Source: an uncultured Bacilli bacterium
GTDB lineage: Bacteria > Bacillota_I > Bacilli_A > RFN20 > CAG-288
DNA: 64,000 bases
Reading direction: 5' to 3'
Assembly: GCA_944349335.1 (NCBI GenBank)
Contig: CALVMW010000001.1
Coordinates: 493,965 to 557,964 of the forward strand
The translations under genes and the position numbers were made by a program. The notes beneath the pieces were generated by a model. That model was not told the origin of the DNA, searched no databases, and was given only the letters and a program-made list of their open reading frames with translations. Positions 40,136 through 50,153 of the stretch are shown in pieces (the stretch's first letter is position 1; each line of letters starts with the position of its first letter).

Positions 40136-41496
40136 TGACTAAAACAAAACATAAAAAACTTATCCGTTCTTTACTCAACGTCTTCTTAATTTTCATCATT
40201 ACAATTTTAGCTATCTATTACATCTTAAAAGATGATCCCCAGAAAACCTTTTCTCTTTTCAAACAGGTTAATCTTTACTATGTAATTCTTTCATTTGTCC
40301 TCTTTTTTATAACTGTTATCATCGAAGGTTTCATTCTCTTTTTTGAAGGAAGGTTATTTAATAAAGAGTATAGCTATAAAGATGGCTTAATAAATTCGAT
40401 CACCTCCTCTTTTATGACTGTCCTTTATAAGTCTGCTTCCTTTGTAATCCAAGGATATACTTATTCTAAACAAGGTATCGATAAGTCGACATCTGCCTCT
40501 TTAGCAACTATGCGCTTTTTAATATATCAAGCTGCATTTACTATCTTTTCAACAGTCATGGTATTTATCGGCTACAATTATGTAAAAGATATCCCTATCG
40601 AATTATTAGGTGGAATAAAAATCCTTACTTTTGCTATCATAGGACTCATCATCGCACTCGCTTTTCTCATATTTTTAATAACGATAGCCTTCTCGACAAC
40701 TATTCATCAGAAAGCGATATCATTCTTCGTAAATATACTATATAAAATAAAACTAATTAAAAACCCTGAAGAACGTAAATATAAGTATTTTCTTACATTA
40801 GCAACTTATAAAGTTAATTTAAAAAGTATATTTAAACATAAAACTGCTCTCTTCTTTTTAGTAATCTTAGATATATTAAAAATAGCTCTTTTAACTTCTC
40901 TTCCCTATTTTGTCTTTCTATCTTTTAATATACCTTCTTCATCATTAGATTTTCTTTCAATATTTTCTGGTAACTCTTATTTATCTCTCATATCTTCTTT
41001 TTTAATAGTCGGTGCCCCCGAAGTCGGTTTTCAAAGTATTTTTTCTACTTTAATCAGTATCGACAATATATCTAATTACGTTTCAGCTAGCAACTTATTA
41101 TGGAGAACTATTACTTTTTATACTCCTCTTATCTTTGGTGGTATCAGCTTTGTATTATATAAGGGAAAAAGAACAAGATTACTCTTATCAGATACAAAAA
41201 CTCTATTTGATATCGTACCTTTATATCCTACCTTTTCACCGATTAAAATTGATTTATTAGATATAAATGGAGTTGAAATATCTTTTAAAGAATTAAGAGA
41301 AGAAATATCTCAAAGAGATAAAGTAAAAACTATATATAATATAGATAGCTCATTAACTGAGCAGAAAAAAGTTTTAGCTGATGTCTATAAAGAAGCTCAG
41401 AAACTAAAAAAGCACACTATCAACAAAGAAGTAGATATTGAATTAAATAAAGTGATCAACAAAGAGAAAAAAGATGAAAATAGGAATATTCACTGA
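40135..41496 (+). CDS. lysylphosphatidylglycerol-synthase-TM (YbhN/flippase-like) protein
   Basis: Multi-TM; GAPEVGF and LLWRTITFY motifs; next to a GT4 gene. Confidence 0.75.
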   Translation: MTKTKHKKLIRSLLNVFLIFIITILAIYYILKDDPQKTFSLFKQVNLYYVILSFVLFFITVIIEGFILFFEGRLFNKEYSYKDGLINSITSSFMTVLYKSASFVIQGYTYSKQGIDKSTSASLATMRFLIYQAAFTIFSTVMVFIGYNYVKDIPIELLGGIKILTFAIIGLIIALAFLIFLITIAFSTTIHQKAISFFVNILYKIKLIKNPEERKYKYFLTLATYKVNLKSIFKHKTALFFLVILDILKIALLTSLPYFVFLSFNIPSSSLDFLSIFSGNSYLSLISSFLIVGAPEVGFQSIFSTLISIDNISNYVSASNLLWRTITFYTPLIFGGISFVLYKGKRTRLLLSDTKTLFDIVPLYPTFSPIKIDLLDINGVEISFKELREEISQRDKVKTIYNIDSSLTEQKKVLADVYKEAQKLKKHTINKEVDIELNKVINKEKKDENRNIH

Positions 41497-42643
41497 TACT
41501 TATTATCCAGATATTAATGGTGTAGCTAGTGCTACTATGATGCAAAAAGAAATCTTAGAAAAGCATGGTCACCAAGTAGTAATTGTTACTACTGGTTTAA
41601 ATAAGCAAAAAAAAGTAACTTTTGAAGATGGAATATTAAGGATACCTGGTCTTCCTCTGAAATTTATTTATAACTATCGTCTTGCTTTTTTCTTTTCTAA
41701 AGGAGCATATGATATTTTAAAAAAGATGAATTTTGATATCATCCACGTCGAACAAGAATTCGGAATATCACTTTTTGGAAGAATCTGTTCAAAAATATTT
41801 GATACTCCGTTAGTCTATACTTATCATACTAATTATAGCGACTATTCAAAAATGTTTACAAAAGGAAGAAAAGTTCCCGATAATATCTATAAAAATACTG
41901 TTAAATTTTTAACTAGAAAAATAACTGAAAATAAAAATCTTATAGTTACTCCTTCTTATAAATCTAAGTCAATTTTAAGAAGTGCTGGAATTAATAAACA
42001 TATTTATGTCATACCAAACGCTATCGATCTAGAAGACTACCTTAAAGAAATAACACAAGAAGATAAAAATAAATTTTATGAATACTATAACTTACCTAAA
42101 AATAAAAAACTTCTGCTTTATTTAGGTAGAATAGGTGTTGAAAAGAATATAGATGAAGTCATCGCTATCTTTAAACTTTATCAAAAAGAAAAAGATGATG
42201 CTGTTCTTCTCATAGTCGGAGATGGACCTTACAAAAATGAACTTATCAAAAAATATGGTGAGGATAAAAACATCTATTTTGTAAATAAGATCCCACATCA
42301 AAAAACACCAATTTTTTACAAGATGGCTGATATATTTCTCAATGCTTCTACTTCCGAAACGCAAGGCTTAACTTACATTGAAGCTGCTACATCAGGTGCT
42401 ATTATTTTAGCTAAATATGATTTTAATCTTGATACAGTTATTCAGCATAATAAAACAGGTTTCTTCTTTGATACTATTGAAAATGGCAAAGAAACATTAA
42501 AAAGAATTCTCTCTTTAAGTGATGATAAAAAAAATATAATCAGGAAGAATGCTCAAGAAAATTGCTTGTCATTATATAGTGAAGATAATTATTATCAAGA
42601 GGTGATGGATGTCTACAATAAAGCCCTCAGAGACAACTTATAA
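41474..42643 (+). CDS. GT4 glycosyltransferase, monoglycosyl-diacylglycerol synthase-like
   Basis: IFTDTYYPDINGVA, YTYHT and SETQGLTYIEA motifs. Confidence 0.85.
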   Translation: MKIGIFTDTYYPDINGVASATMMQKEILEKHGHQVVIVTTGLNKQKKVTFEDGILRIPGLPLKFIYNYRLAFFFSKGAYDILKKMNFDIIHVEQEFGISLFGRICSKIFDTPLVYTYHTNYSDYSKMFTKGRKVPDNIYKNTVKFLTRKITENKNLIVTPSYKSKSILRSAGINKHIYVIPNAIDLEDYLKEITQEDKNKFYEYYNLPKNKKLLLYLGRIGVEKNIDEVIAIFKLYQKEKDDAVLLIVGDGPYKNELIKKYGEDKNIYFVNKIPHQKTPIFYKMADIFLNASTSETQGLTYIEAATSGAIILAKYDFNLDTVIQHNKTGFFFDTIENGKETLKRILSLSDDKKNIIRKNAQENCLSLYSEDNYYQEVMDVYNKALRDNL

Positions 42644-43406
42644 GATAGAAGATAGTTATCTAAAAAATAAAGAATGCCACCTTTTAATCAATAATGTAGA
42701 ATATATAATAACTATTTCTGATTATACAGAATACCTTTTTTATAAAGGTAAAGAGATAACTTTAAAAGATATAGAATTGATCAGTTCTTTAGCTAAGGAA
42801 TTTACATATAAAAAATATCTATCGAGACTTCTAGCTAATAAAAGATATACCATCTATGAAATAAGCAATAAACTAAAAAAGAAATTCCTCTTATCAAAAA
42901 AGGAGATTGATAAACTTTTAGATTCTTACATAAACTCAAAGATTTTAGATGATAAGGCTTATGCTATTGATTATATTGAGAGCAATAATCATAAATATGG
43001 AAGAAAGAGACTTCTTTCTGAACTTAAAAAGAAAGGAATTAGTGAGAATATTTTAAATTCCCAAGAAGTTTTAAATAGCATCGATGATACTATCGATGAA
43101 GAAGTCATTATTAAACTAGAAAAAAGATATCGTTCACTTCCTTTTAATAAAAGATGTGAAAAAATTAAAGAGATTCTCTATAAAAGAGGATTTATAACAA
43201 GTGAAATAAATAAAATTAAAATAATAGATACGGCAAAAAATGATAGTTCTCTTCTAATAAAAGAAGCAAAAAAATGTTATAATGCAATAGCAAGTAAAAA
43301 GGTTGATAAAGAGAAGATGAAATCTCTATTTACCACAAAGTTACTTCGAAAAGGCTTTTCTTACGAAGAGATTATAAAATTGAAAGAGGAATATTTTAAT
43401 GATTAA
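42609..43406 (+). CDS. recX: RecX regulatory protein
   Basis: LDDKAYA, YGRKRLLSELKKKGI and LLRKGFSYE motifs. Confidence 0.8.
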   Translation: MSTIKPSETTYKIEDSYLKNKECHLLINNVEYIITISDYTEYLFYKGKEITLKDIELISSLAKEFTYKKYLSRLLANKRYTIYEISNKLKKKFLLSKKEIDKLLDSYINSKILDDKAYAIDYIESNNHKYGRKRLLSELKKKGISENILNSQEVLNSIDDTIDEEVIIKLEKRYRSLPFNKRCEKIKEILYKRGFITSEINKIKIIDTAKNDSSLLIKEAKKCYNAIASKKVDKEKMKSLFTTKLLRKGFSYEEIIKLKEEYFND

Positions 43407-44343
43407 AGATCTGATTGAAAAAGAAGGACCCGTCAATTCTATTTTTATGATAAAAAGTGCCGTTAAAGCAACTAGTAGCACTGGTGCTTTTTATCTCTCT
43501 ATCGTCCTACAAGATATGTCAGGTACTTTAGATGCAAAGATGTGGCAGATTACCGAAGGTGACATAGAATTAGCAAAACCTGGTACCTTAGTACGCATTG
43601 AAGGAATAATGCTTAATTATAAAGGTCATCCTCAATTAAAAATCAATTCATTAGATTTAGTATATGATGATACTATTGATATCTCTAAATATGTCCCTGT
43701 TGCCCCTATTAAAATTGAAGATTTAAAAGTCACTTTAGCTGACTATATTAATATGATTGAAGATAGTGACTTAAAAACTCTTGTCGAGAAAGTCATCAAT
43801 ACTAACTATGAAAAATATACAACCTACCCCGCAGCAGTCAGCATACATCACGCATATTATGGTGGAATCCTTTACCACTCTCTTTCAATATGTAAAATGG
43901 CACTAGATATGTGTGATCACTATCCTTTCTTATCTAAAGATTATATGATTGCTGGATCTTTACTTCACGATATCGGTAAAATTTATGAATTATCTGGAAC
44001 AAGAGCAACCACTTACACTACTGAAGGTAATCTTTTAGGTCATATCGCTTTAGGTGCAATGATTGTCTACCACGAAGGTAAAAAATTACATACTGATAGT
44101 GAAAAATTAGAGGTCCTTGTTCATATGATTCTCTCACATCATGGAGAACAAGAGTTTGGTTCTCCCAAAACTCCTCTAACAAGAGAAGCCTATACTCTCC
44201 ACGTCCTCGACAATTTAGATGCTAAACTTGACTGTATCAATAATTACTATAAAGGTGTTGAAGAAGGTCAATTAACTTCTAGAATCCCTTGGATGGATAA
44301 TAATATGTTCTATAAGCCATATAAAACAAAGAAAGGAGAATAA
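43399..44343 (+). CDS. yhaM: 3'-5' exoribonuclease YhaM (OB + HD)
   Basis: PAAVSIHHA, LLHDIGK, GHIALG and ILSHHGEQEFGSP motifs. Confidence 0.92.
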   Translation: MIKDLIEKEGPVNSIFMIKSAVKATSSTGAFYLSIVLQDMSGTLDAKMWQITEGDIELAKPGTLVRIEGIMLNYKGHPQLKINSLDLVYDDTIDISKYVPVAPIKIEDLKVTLADYINMIEDSDLKTLVEKVINTNYEKYTTYPAAVSIHHAYYGGILYHSLSICKMALDMCDHYPFLSKDYMIAGSLLHDIGKIYELSGTRATTYTTEGNLLGHIALGAMIVYHEGKKLHTDSEKLEVLVHMILSHHGEQEFGSPKTPLTREAYTLHVLDNLDAKLDCINNYYKGVEEGQLTSRIPWMDNNMFYKPYKTKKGE

Positions 44344-44344
44344 G

Positions 44345-45217
44345 ATGAAAAAGATTACAAAAGCTATCATTCCGGCTGCTGGATTAGGTACAAGATTTTT
44401 ACCTGTTACTAAATCGCTTCCTAAAGAGATGCTTCCGATCATCGATACTCCTAATATCTATTACATCATTAAAGAAGCGGTCTTAGCTGGTATTACTGAT
44501 TTCCTCATCATTGTTTCTAGAAATAAAACAGCTATCGAAGATTTTTTTGACATCAATTACGAATTAGAAATGAGGTTAAAAAACTCGGGTAAAGAAAAAG
44601 AATTAGAGATGATTCATGAGGTAGCAAATATTGCTAATATTCAATACGTTCATCAAAAAGAACCTGCTGGATTAGGTGATGCTATTCTTTATGGTGAATC
44701 TTTTATCGGTGACGATGATGCTTTTGCTGTCTTATTAGGTGATGATCTTATCTCATATGAAGAAAAATCCGCTATCGGAGAATTAATTGACGCCTATAAT
44801 AAAACTCAAGGTACTATCTTAGGTTGCAAAGAAGTTCCCTTAGAGATGACTAAAAAGTATGGTATAGTCACACCTAAAGATGATCCTTCTAAAGAAATAT
44901 TTGAAATTAAAGATATGGTTGAAAAACCTAAAGAAAATCCACCATCTAATATTGCAGTTTTAGGTCGCTATATTTTACCTAATGAAATTTTTAAAATCTT
45001 AAAAGAAACAAAGATCGGTGTAGGTGGAGAATTGCAGCTGACTGATGCTATAAAAAATAGTCTAAATAATCGCTCTTGCTACGCATGTAAGTTTACTGGT
45101 GAAAGATACGATATCGGCGATAAATTTGGATATATTAAAGCAACTATCGACTACGCATTAAAAAGAGATGATTTAAAAAATAAAGTCTTAGAATATTTAC
45201 AACAACTTTTAAAATGA
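44345..45217 (+). CDS. galU: UTP--glucose-1-phosphate uridylyltransferase
   Basis: PAAGLGTRFLPVTKSLPKEML, VEKP and GELQLTDA motifs. Confidence 0.96.
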   Translation: MKKITKAIIPAAGLGTRFLPVTKSLPKEMLPIIDTPNIYYIIKEAVLAGITDFLIIVSRNKTAIEDFFDINYELEMRLKNSGKEKELEMIHEVANIANIQYVHQKEPAGLGDAILYGESFIGDDDAFAVLLGDDLISYEEKSAIGELIDAYNKTQGTILGCKEVPLEMTKKYGIVTPKDDPSKEIFEIKDMVEKPKENPPSNIAVLGRYILPNEIFKILKETKIGVGGELQLTDAIKNSLNNRSCYACKFTGERYDIGDKFGYIKATIDYALKRDDLKNKVLEYLQQLLK

Positions 45218-45816
45218 AACGATATACTTTCTTTATCTACTTAAAAAATGAAGAAGCTAAGATAAATAGAACCATTAAGATCGATGACTACAATCTCAAT
45301 TTTTTAGCTTATTCAATCATGATCGCTTTTAATTCTCAATGTGATGCACTATATTCTTTTATTATTAAAGATATTCGATATGTTTCAAGAATCGATTATC
45401 CTCTAGCCCATTCTCTAGATGAACGCTATAAAAAAGATGAAGAATACATTTTATCATCTCTGCACTTACACATCGGAGATTCTTTTATTTTTAACTACGG
45501 AAAAAATGAATGGTTTTCTTTCATTATAAAAGTTATAAATATTGAAGATTGTGAAGAAAAAGAACTCCCCAATATTATTGATGGCAAAGGTTATGGAATC
45601 TATGAATTAAATCCGTTACTTTTAAAATATTATTTAGAAGTAGATGATGATTATCTTTATTCACCAAAACTAAAAAGAAAAGTAAAAAGAGAAGATTATC
45701 TACCTTTTAATTTTGATGATTGCGACATTGCTAAAATAAACGAAAAAGTTAAACAAGACCTCAATAAAATAGCTTCATTTTATTCAAGTCAAAAAGAAAT
45801 GTTACCTGCATATTAA
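45214..45816 (+). CDS. pRiA4b ORF-3-like protein (divergent)
   Basis: RTIKI...LAYSIMIAF...FIFNYG..W.F.I...IIDGKGYGI pattern. Confidence 0.6.
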   Translation: MKRYTFFIYLKNEEAKINRTIKIDDYNLNFLAYSIMIAFNSQCDALYSFIIKDIRYVSRIDYPLAHSLDERYKKDEEYILSSLHLHIGDSFIFNYGKNEWFSFIIKVINIEDCEEKELPNIIDGKGYGIYELNPLLLKYYLEVDDDYLYSPKLKRKVKREDYLPFNFDDCDIAKINEKVKQDLNKIASFYSSQKEMLPAY

Positions 45817-45825
45817 GGAGGAAGT

Positions 45826-46965
45826 ATGGATAAAAAAATCATTTTAACTGCTGATAGGCCTACTGGAAAACTACATATTGGTCACTACGTTGGTTCACTT
45901 AAAAGAAGAGTAGAACTTCAAAATGAAGGTAACTATGATGAACTTTATATCATGATTGCAGACACCCAAGCTCTCACCGATAATTTTAAAGACCCGATGA
46001 AAGTTAAGGATAACGTGATCGAAGTTGCCTTAGATTATTTAAGTTGTGGTATCGACCCTACAAAATCAACTATATTTATCCAATCACAAATCCCCGAATT
46101 ATTTGAACTTACAACCTATTTTCTCGACTTAGTAACTCTCTCTCGTCTTGAAAGAAATCCAACAGTTAAAACTGAAATGAAAACTAAAGATTATGATACT
46201 TCTATCCCTGTCGGATTTTTATGTTACCCAGTTTCTCAATCTGCAGATATCGCTTTATTTGATACATCGATTGTTCCTGCTGGAGAAGATCAATCTCCCA
46301 TGATTGAACAATGCCAGGAATTAGTTCATAAATTTAACTCATTATATGGTGAGACTTTAGTTTCACCGACTATTATGCTTCCTGAAAATAATTCATGCCG
46401 TCGCTTACCTGGTATTGATGGAAAAGCAAAGATGAGTAAGTCACTAAATAATTGTATTTATCTTTCTGATGATGAAACAACAGTCAATAAGAAAGTAATG
46501 TCCATGTATACTGATCCAGAACATTTAAAAATTACTGATAAAGGTCATACTGAAAACAACCCTGTTTTTATCTATCTTGACGCTTTTGCTACTGATGAAG
46601 ATTTTAAAACATATTTACCTGAATATAAAAATTTAGCAGCTTTAAAAAAGCATTATGAAGATGGTGGATTAGGTGATACAACAGTTAAAAAATTCTTAGC
46701 TAAAGTATTAAATGCTAAGCTAGAACCCATCAGAAATAGACGTTACGAGCTTGAAAAAGATATTGCGAGCGTTTATAACATCTTAGACGAAGGAAATAAA
46801 AAAGCTAGAGAGCACGCTAAGAAAACAATCACAAGAATAAGAAGAGCGCTTAAGATCGATTACTTTAGTGATAATACTTTTGTAACAAAGCAACAAAAAA
46901 GATTTAATAACGAGCATAAAAAGAGAGAAGAATACCTTGCTTACCTTGCGAAAACTCGCAAGTAA
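45826..46965 (+). CDS. trpS: tryptophan--tRNA ligase
   Basis: DRPTGKLHIGHY, GEDQ and KMSKS motifs. Confidence 0.97.
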   Translation: MDKKIILTADRPTGKLHIGHYVGSLKRRVELQNEGNYDELYIMIADTQALTDNFKDPMKVKDNVIEVALDYLSCGIDPTKSTIFIQSQIPELFELTTYFLDLVTLSRLERNPTVKTEMKTKDYDTSIPVGFLCYPVSQSADIALFDTSIVPAGEDQSPMIEQCQELVHKFNSLYGETLVSPTIMLPENNSCRRLPGIDGKAKMSKSLNNCIYLSDDETTVNKKVMSMYTDPEHLKITDKGHTENNPVFIYLDAFATDEDFKTYLPEYKNLAALKKHYEDGGLGDTTVKKFLAKVLNAKLEPIRNRRYELEKDIASVYNILDEGNKKAREHAKKTITRIRRALKIDYFSDNTFVTKQQKRFNNEHKKREEYLAYLAKTRK

Positions 46966-47067
46966 GCGATTTCAAGAGTTTTAAATTAAATGTCGTGAAT
47001 CTTATTTATTTACCACATTTTTCATAAAAAATAACAAAATAACTTCATTTTTTACGTTTAATTTTCT

Positions 47068-47081
47068 TGCAAGCGCTTTCT
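47068..47081. promoter_or_regulatory. cre-like site upstream of the lipoprotein gene
   Basis: TGCAAGCGCTTTCT; a second copy, AGTAAGCGATTTCA, lies at 46961-46974. Confidence 0.5.
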
Positions 47082-47177
47082 TTTTCTATGGTAAAGAAAC
47101 CTCTTAACTAAAAAATTTTTTAGTGTAAAAAAGCAGTTTATTTATAATTTTTATAAATTGAAAGGGGGTCTTCACCT

Positions 47178-48899
47178 ATGAAAAAAAGTTTACTTTTTTT
47201 GCCTTTTTCGTTACTTATCGTCTCTTCTTGTTCTGAAACTTCTAGTTCCCTAGAACCATCAACTTCTCTACCTTCAACTACACCTCCAATATCTTCTTCT
47301 ACTTCCTCTATACCTGATCCAACAATCACTCTTGAGGATTATCCTGAAACATTATATTTAAACGAAAGTTATAAAATTAGTTATACAGTAACTGATTATG
47401 AAGATGAAGTAATAATAACTTCTTCTGATGAAAGCGTTGTTAAAGTTGAGGGCGATGTTTTGACCTCTCAAGACATTGAAGGTAGTGCGACTATCGCTAT
47501 TCAAGCTGGTGAAACTCGTGAGGAGTTCACTGTAACTGTCAGTCCTACTTTACCTGATTTAAAAACCGCTATAAGTAATTTAGTAAATACACAAAACTAT
47601 ACTTTAAATGTCACTAAAAATGGTGACGCTTATGAAACGCTATACTATACTCCTTATGCTATAAATTTAACTTCTACTGCTTCAGAAGAAGTTAAAAGAT
47701 ATGCTTTATCTAGTATAGATGGTTTAGCATTCACTTATGAGATTGAAGATGGGGCGATTGTTCCCGGTGAGAGAATGGTTGATTTATCTGGATATATCAC
47801 ACAAGAAACTTTCCATGGCAATAGTTCTAATCCATATTACTTCCCAATAGTCGGATTAGGCGCTGTTGATACTTCATATCTTCCTACAGAAGGAGTAGAT
47901 AATATTTATCAAATCGAACTTCCTTATGCCGATTCTGATCGTGATAGTAGTAATCAAATCTTACTTTGTATGATAGGTGATTATGACACCTATGATATGC
48001 TTTTTAGTCGCCCGTACAACATTACTATGTCTATCGAAGTCAAAGGATATTATGATTTAACAATAACTTATACATGTGGACTTCGCGGAAAAGAAACAAG
48101 CGATTATGTTATCGAAGTAGATGACATTACTCAGACAGAAATAGATGACGGAATAAAAGATTATATTAAGGTCGGTACTGGCTTAGATAGAGTGGTTCCT
48201 TCAGCTTTAACAGGTAGTGTTAATCAATTAAAAGAATATAACAACTACTGTATAACTGATGACTATTCTTATCAATATATTGTTACAGAGAATTACACCG
48301 CTTTCTCTTATTTAGATGATTATTTTGGGCCATATTATGATCCTGAAAATTATAACTACAATGGTAGTGGATATATAAAATTAGAAGATGGCATCTATTC
48401 ATATATAATACCGACAACTTACGATATTGATAGTGACGTAATAACTAGAGGTGATATCGTCTTAGGTGAAAAAGTTGAGGGTACAGATTCTAATAGTTCA
48501 TTAATTGATACTCTCTGTTACTTCTCTACTTGGTCTGCTCTAGAAGATGAAAAAGTATTTTCAGATACAACTGAATATATGGCTGCAACTTTCTTAGGCT
48601 ATGCAAATGGAAATAAAGAATTAGCTAATGATACTTATGAAAAAGCTTCTAAATTCTTCCCCGCTGATATATTTGCTCCGTGGGGAGCTGAAGAAGGTCA
48701 ATCATATGTTGGTTATCGCACTCATGTTTTAACTTCAAATTATAATGAAGATCCTTCTTTATCAACAGTAGGAATCATGGTCGGTTATCAAGTAAAAGAA
48801 GTTCAGGAAGATAAATCCTCCTCTTATAACTATATGACTTATTATGTGAGAGATTTTGGAACAGCAAAAGACGATACTCTCGAAGATTATTTAAGCTAA
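47178..48899 (+). CDS. acidic surface lipoprotein with Ser/Thr/Pro linker and Ig-like domain
   Basis: Lipobox IVSSC; SSDESVVKV..G Big_2-like segment. Confidence 0.75.
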   Translation: MKKSLLFLPFSLLIVSSCSETSSSLEPSTSLPSTTPPISSSTSSIPDPTITLEDYPETLYLNESYKISYTVTDYEDEVIITSSDESVVKVEGDVLTSQDIEGSATIAIQAGETREEFTVTVSPTLPDLKTAISNLVNTQNYTLNVTKNGDAYETLYYTPYAINLTSTASEEVKRYALSSIDGLAFTYEIEDGAIVPGERMVDLSGYITQETFHGNSSNPYYFPIVGLGAVDTSYLPTEGVDNIYQIELPYADSDRDSSNQILLCMIGDYDTYDMLFSRPYNITMSIEVKGYYDLTITYTCGLRGKETSDYVIEVDDITQTEIDDGIKDYIKVGTGLDRVVPSALTGSVNQLKEYNNYCITDDYSYQYIVTENYTAFSYLDDYFGPYYDPENYNYNGSGYIKLEDGIYSYIIPTTYDIDSDVITRGDIVLGEKVEGTDSNSSLIDTLCYFSTWSALEDEKVFSDTTEYMAATFLGYANGNKELANDTYEKASKFFPADIFAPWGAEEGQSYVGYRTHVLTSNYNEDPSLSTVGIMVGYQVKEVQEDKSSSYNYMTYYVRDFGTAKDDTLEDYLS

Positions 48900-49033
48900 T
48901 AATTTCTACTCCAAATATTGCTGTGCTGTCATGGGAACATGGCAGCTTTTTAATGCATGTAAATACCAACTTTATCTCTTACTAAATAAATTGTTAAATT
49001 AATAAATAAAAAATAAAGCGGAATTTATCCGCT

Positions 49034-50152
49034 TTATAATTTTTTCACGTATGATCTTCTTCTCTTATGAAGACGGTTGTTGAATCTATTCCAATTATTT
49101 GTGATAGCTTTATTATCTTCTAGATTAAGATTAGTTTCACAATACTTAATTCTACCTGATTTTAGCATTCTCATCACTTCAAGAAGAATAGCACCATGGA
49201 TACCTGAATTACGATATTCATCTTTCACACCGATAAGTCCAAAATCTAACACTTCAGGATCCTTTACTTCTTTTAAAATACGGATGATAGTTGGTAAAGT
49301 AAGATGACCCCTAGATTTTTGCAAAGCTTTTCCAATGGCAGGAAAACATAGTCCAAAAGCAACTAATTTATCATTTTTATCAACAATAAATCGGCAATAG
49401 AAAGGAGAAAGAATAAGGCGGAAAGTAGAAATCAACTCTTTTCTTTGCTCAGGTAAGAAGTTAACAGTTCCATATAATTTAGAATAAGATTCATCTACGA
49501 GATCAAAAAATTGATCACCATATCTCTTAATAATCTTACTCATGCTCTTTAAATCAACAAGATGAAGATTCTCTTTAGTCATAATTCTATCGACAAGTTT
49601 AACTAAAGCTGGTGAAATTTCATCAGGAGCAAAGATCTGTCTTTCAGTCCAATCAACGTCCTTCTTAAATCCTAATTTCTCAATAAGTTCAGGGTAATAA
49701 GCATAATTATATTGTTCTTCAAAAGTGGCAATTTCTTCAAAGCCTTCAATTAAAAGGCCTTCTCTTTCCATATCTGAATAACCTAAAGGACCACAAATTT
49801 CTTCTAATCCTCTTTTTCTACCCCAATTTTCAACGGCATCAAAAAGAGCTTTAGCAACTTCTAAATCATCAATGCAATCAAAACGGGTGAAACGAACTCT
49901 CTTCTGTTTCCATTTATCATTACTAGCTTTATGGATGATTCCAGAAATACGTCCGACTATCTTTCCATCCTTATATGCATTAAAGAAAACTGAATCGGAA
50001 AACTGATGATAAAAATAATCAGGAGAAAATATCCTCTTTTCATCAGAATAAATAGGAGGAACAAAATAAGGACAATCTTTATAAAGATTCAAAGGAAAAT
50101 CTAAGAATTCCTTCTTTTCTTTAGTAGTTTTAACTTTTCTTATTTCAATCAT
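49034..50152 (-). CDS. tandem-GNAT N-acyltransferase, YghO / bacterial ceramide synthase-like family
   Basis: FLDFPLNLY..CPYFVPP, GKIVGRI, GPLG....EGLLIEGF and YNYAYY motifs. Confidence 0.75.
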   Translation of the reverse strand: MIEIRKVKTTKEKKEFLDFPLNLYKDCPYFVPPIYSDEKRIFSPDYFYHQFSDSVFFNAYKDGKIVGRISGIIHKASNDKWKQKRVRFTRFDCIDDLEVAKALFDAVENWGRKRGLEEICGPLGYSDMEREGLLIEGFEEIATFEEQYNYAYYPELIEKLGFKKDVDWTERQIFAPDEISPALVKLVDRIMTKENLHLVDLKSMSKIIKRYGDQFFDLVDESYSKLYGTVNFLPEQRKELISTFRLILSPFYCRFIVDKNDKLVAFGLCFPAIGKALQKSRGHLTLPTIIRILKEVKDPEVLDFGLIGVKDEYRNSGIHGAILLEVMRMLKSGRIKYCETNLNLEDNKAITNNWNRFNNRLHKRRRSYVKKL

Positions 50153-50153
50153 A

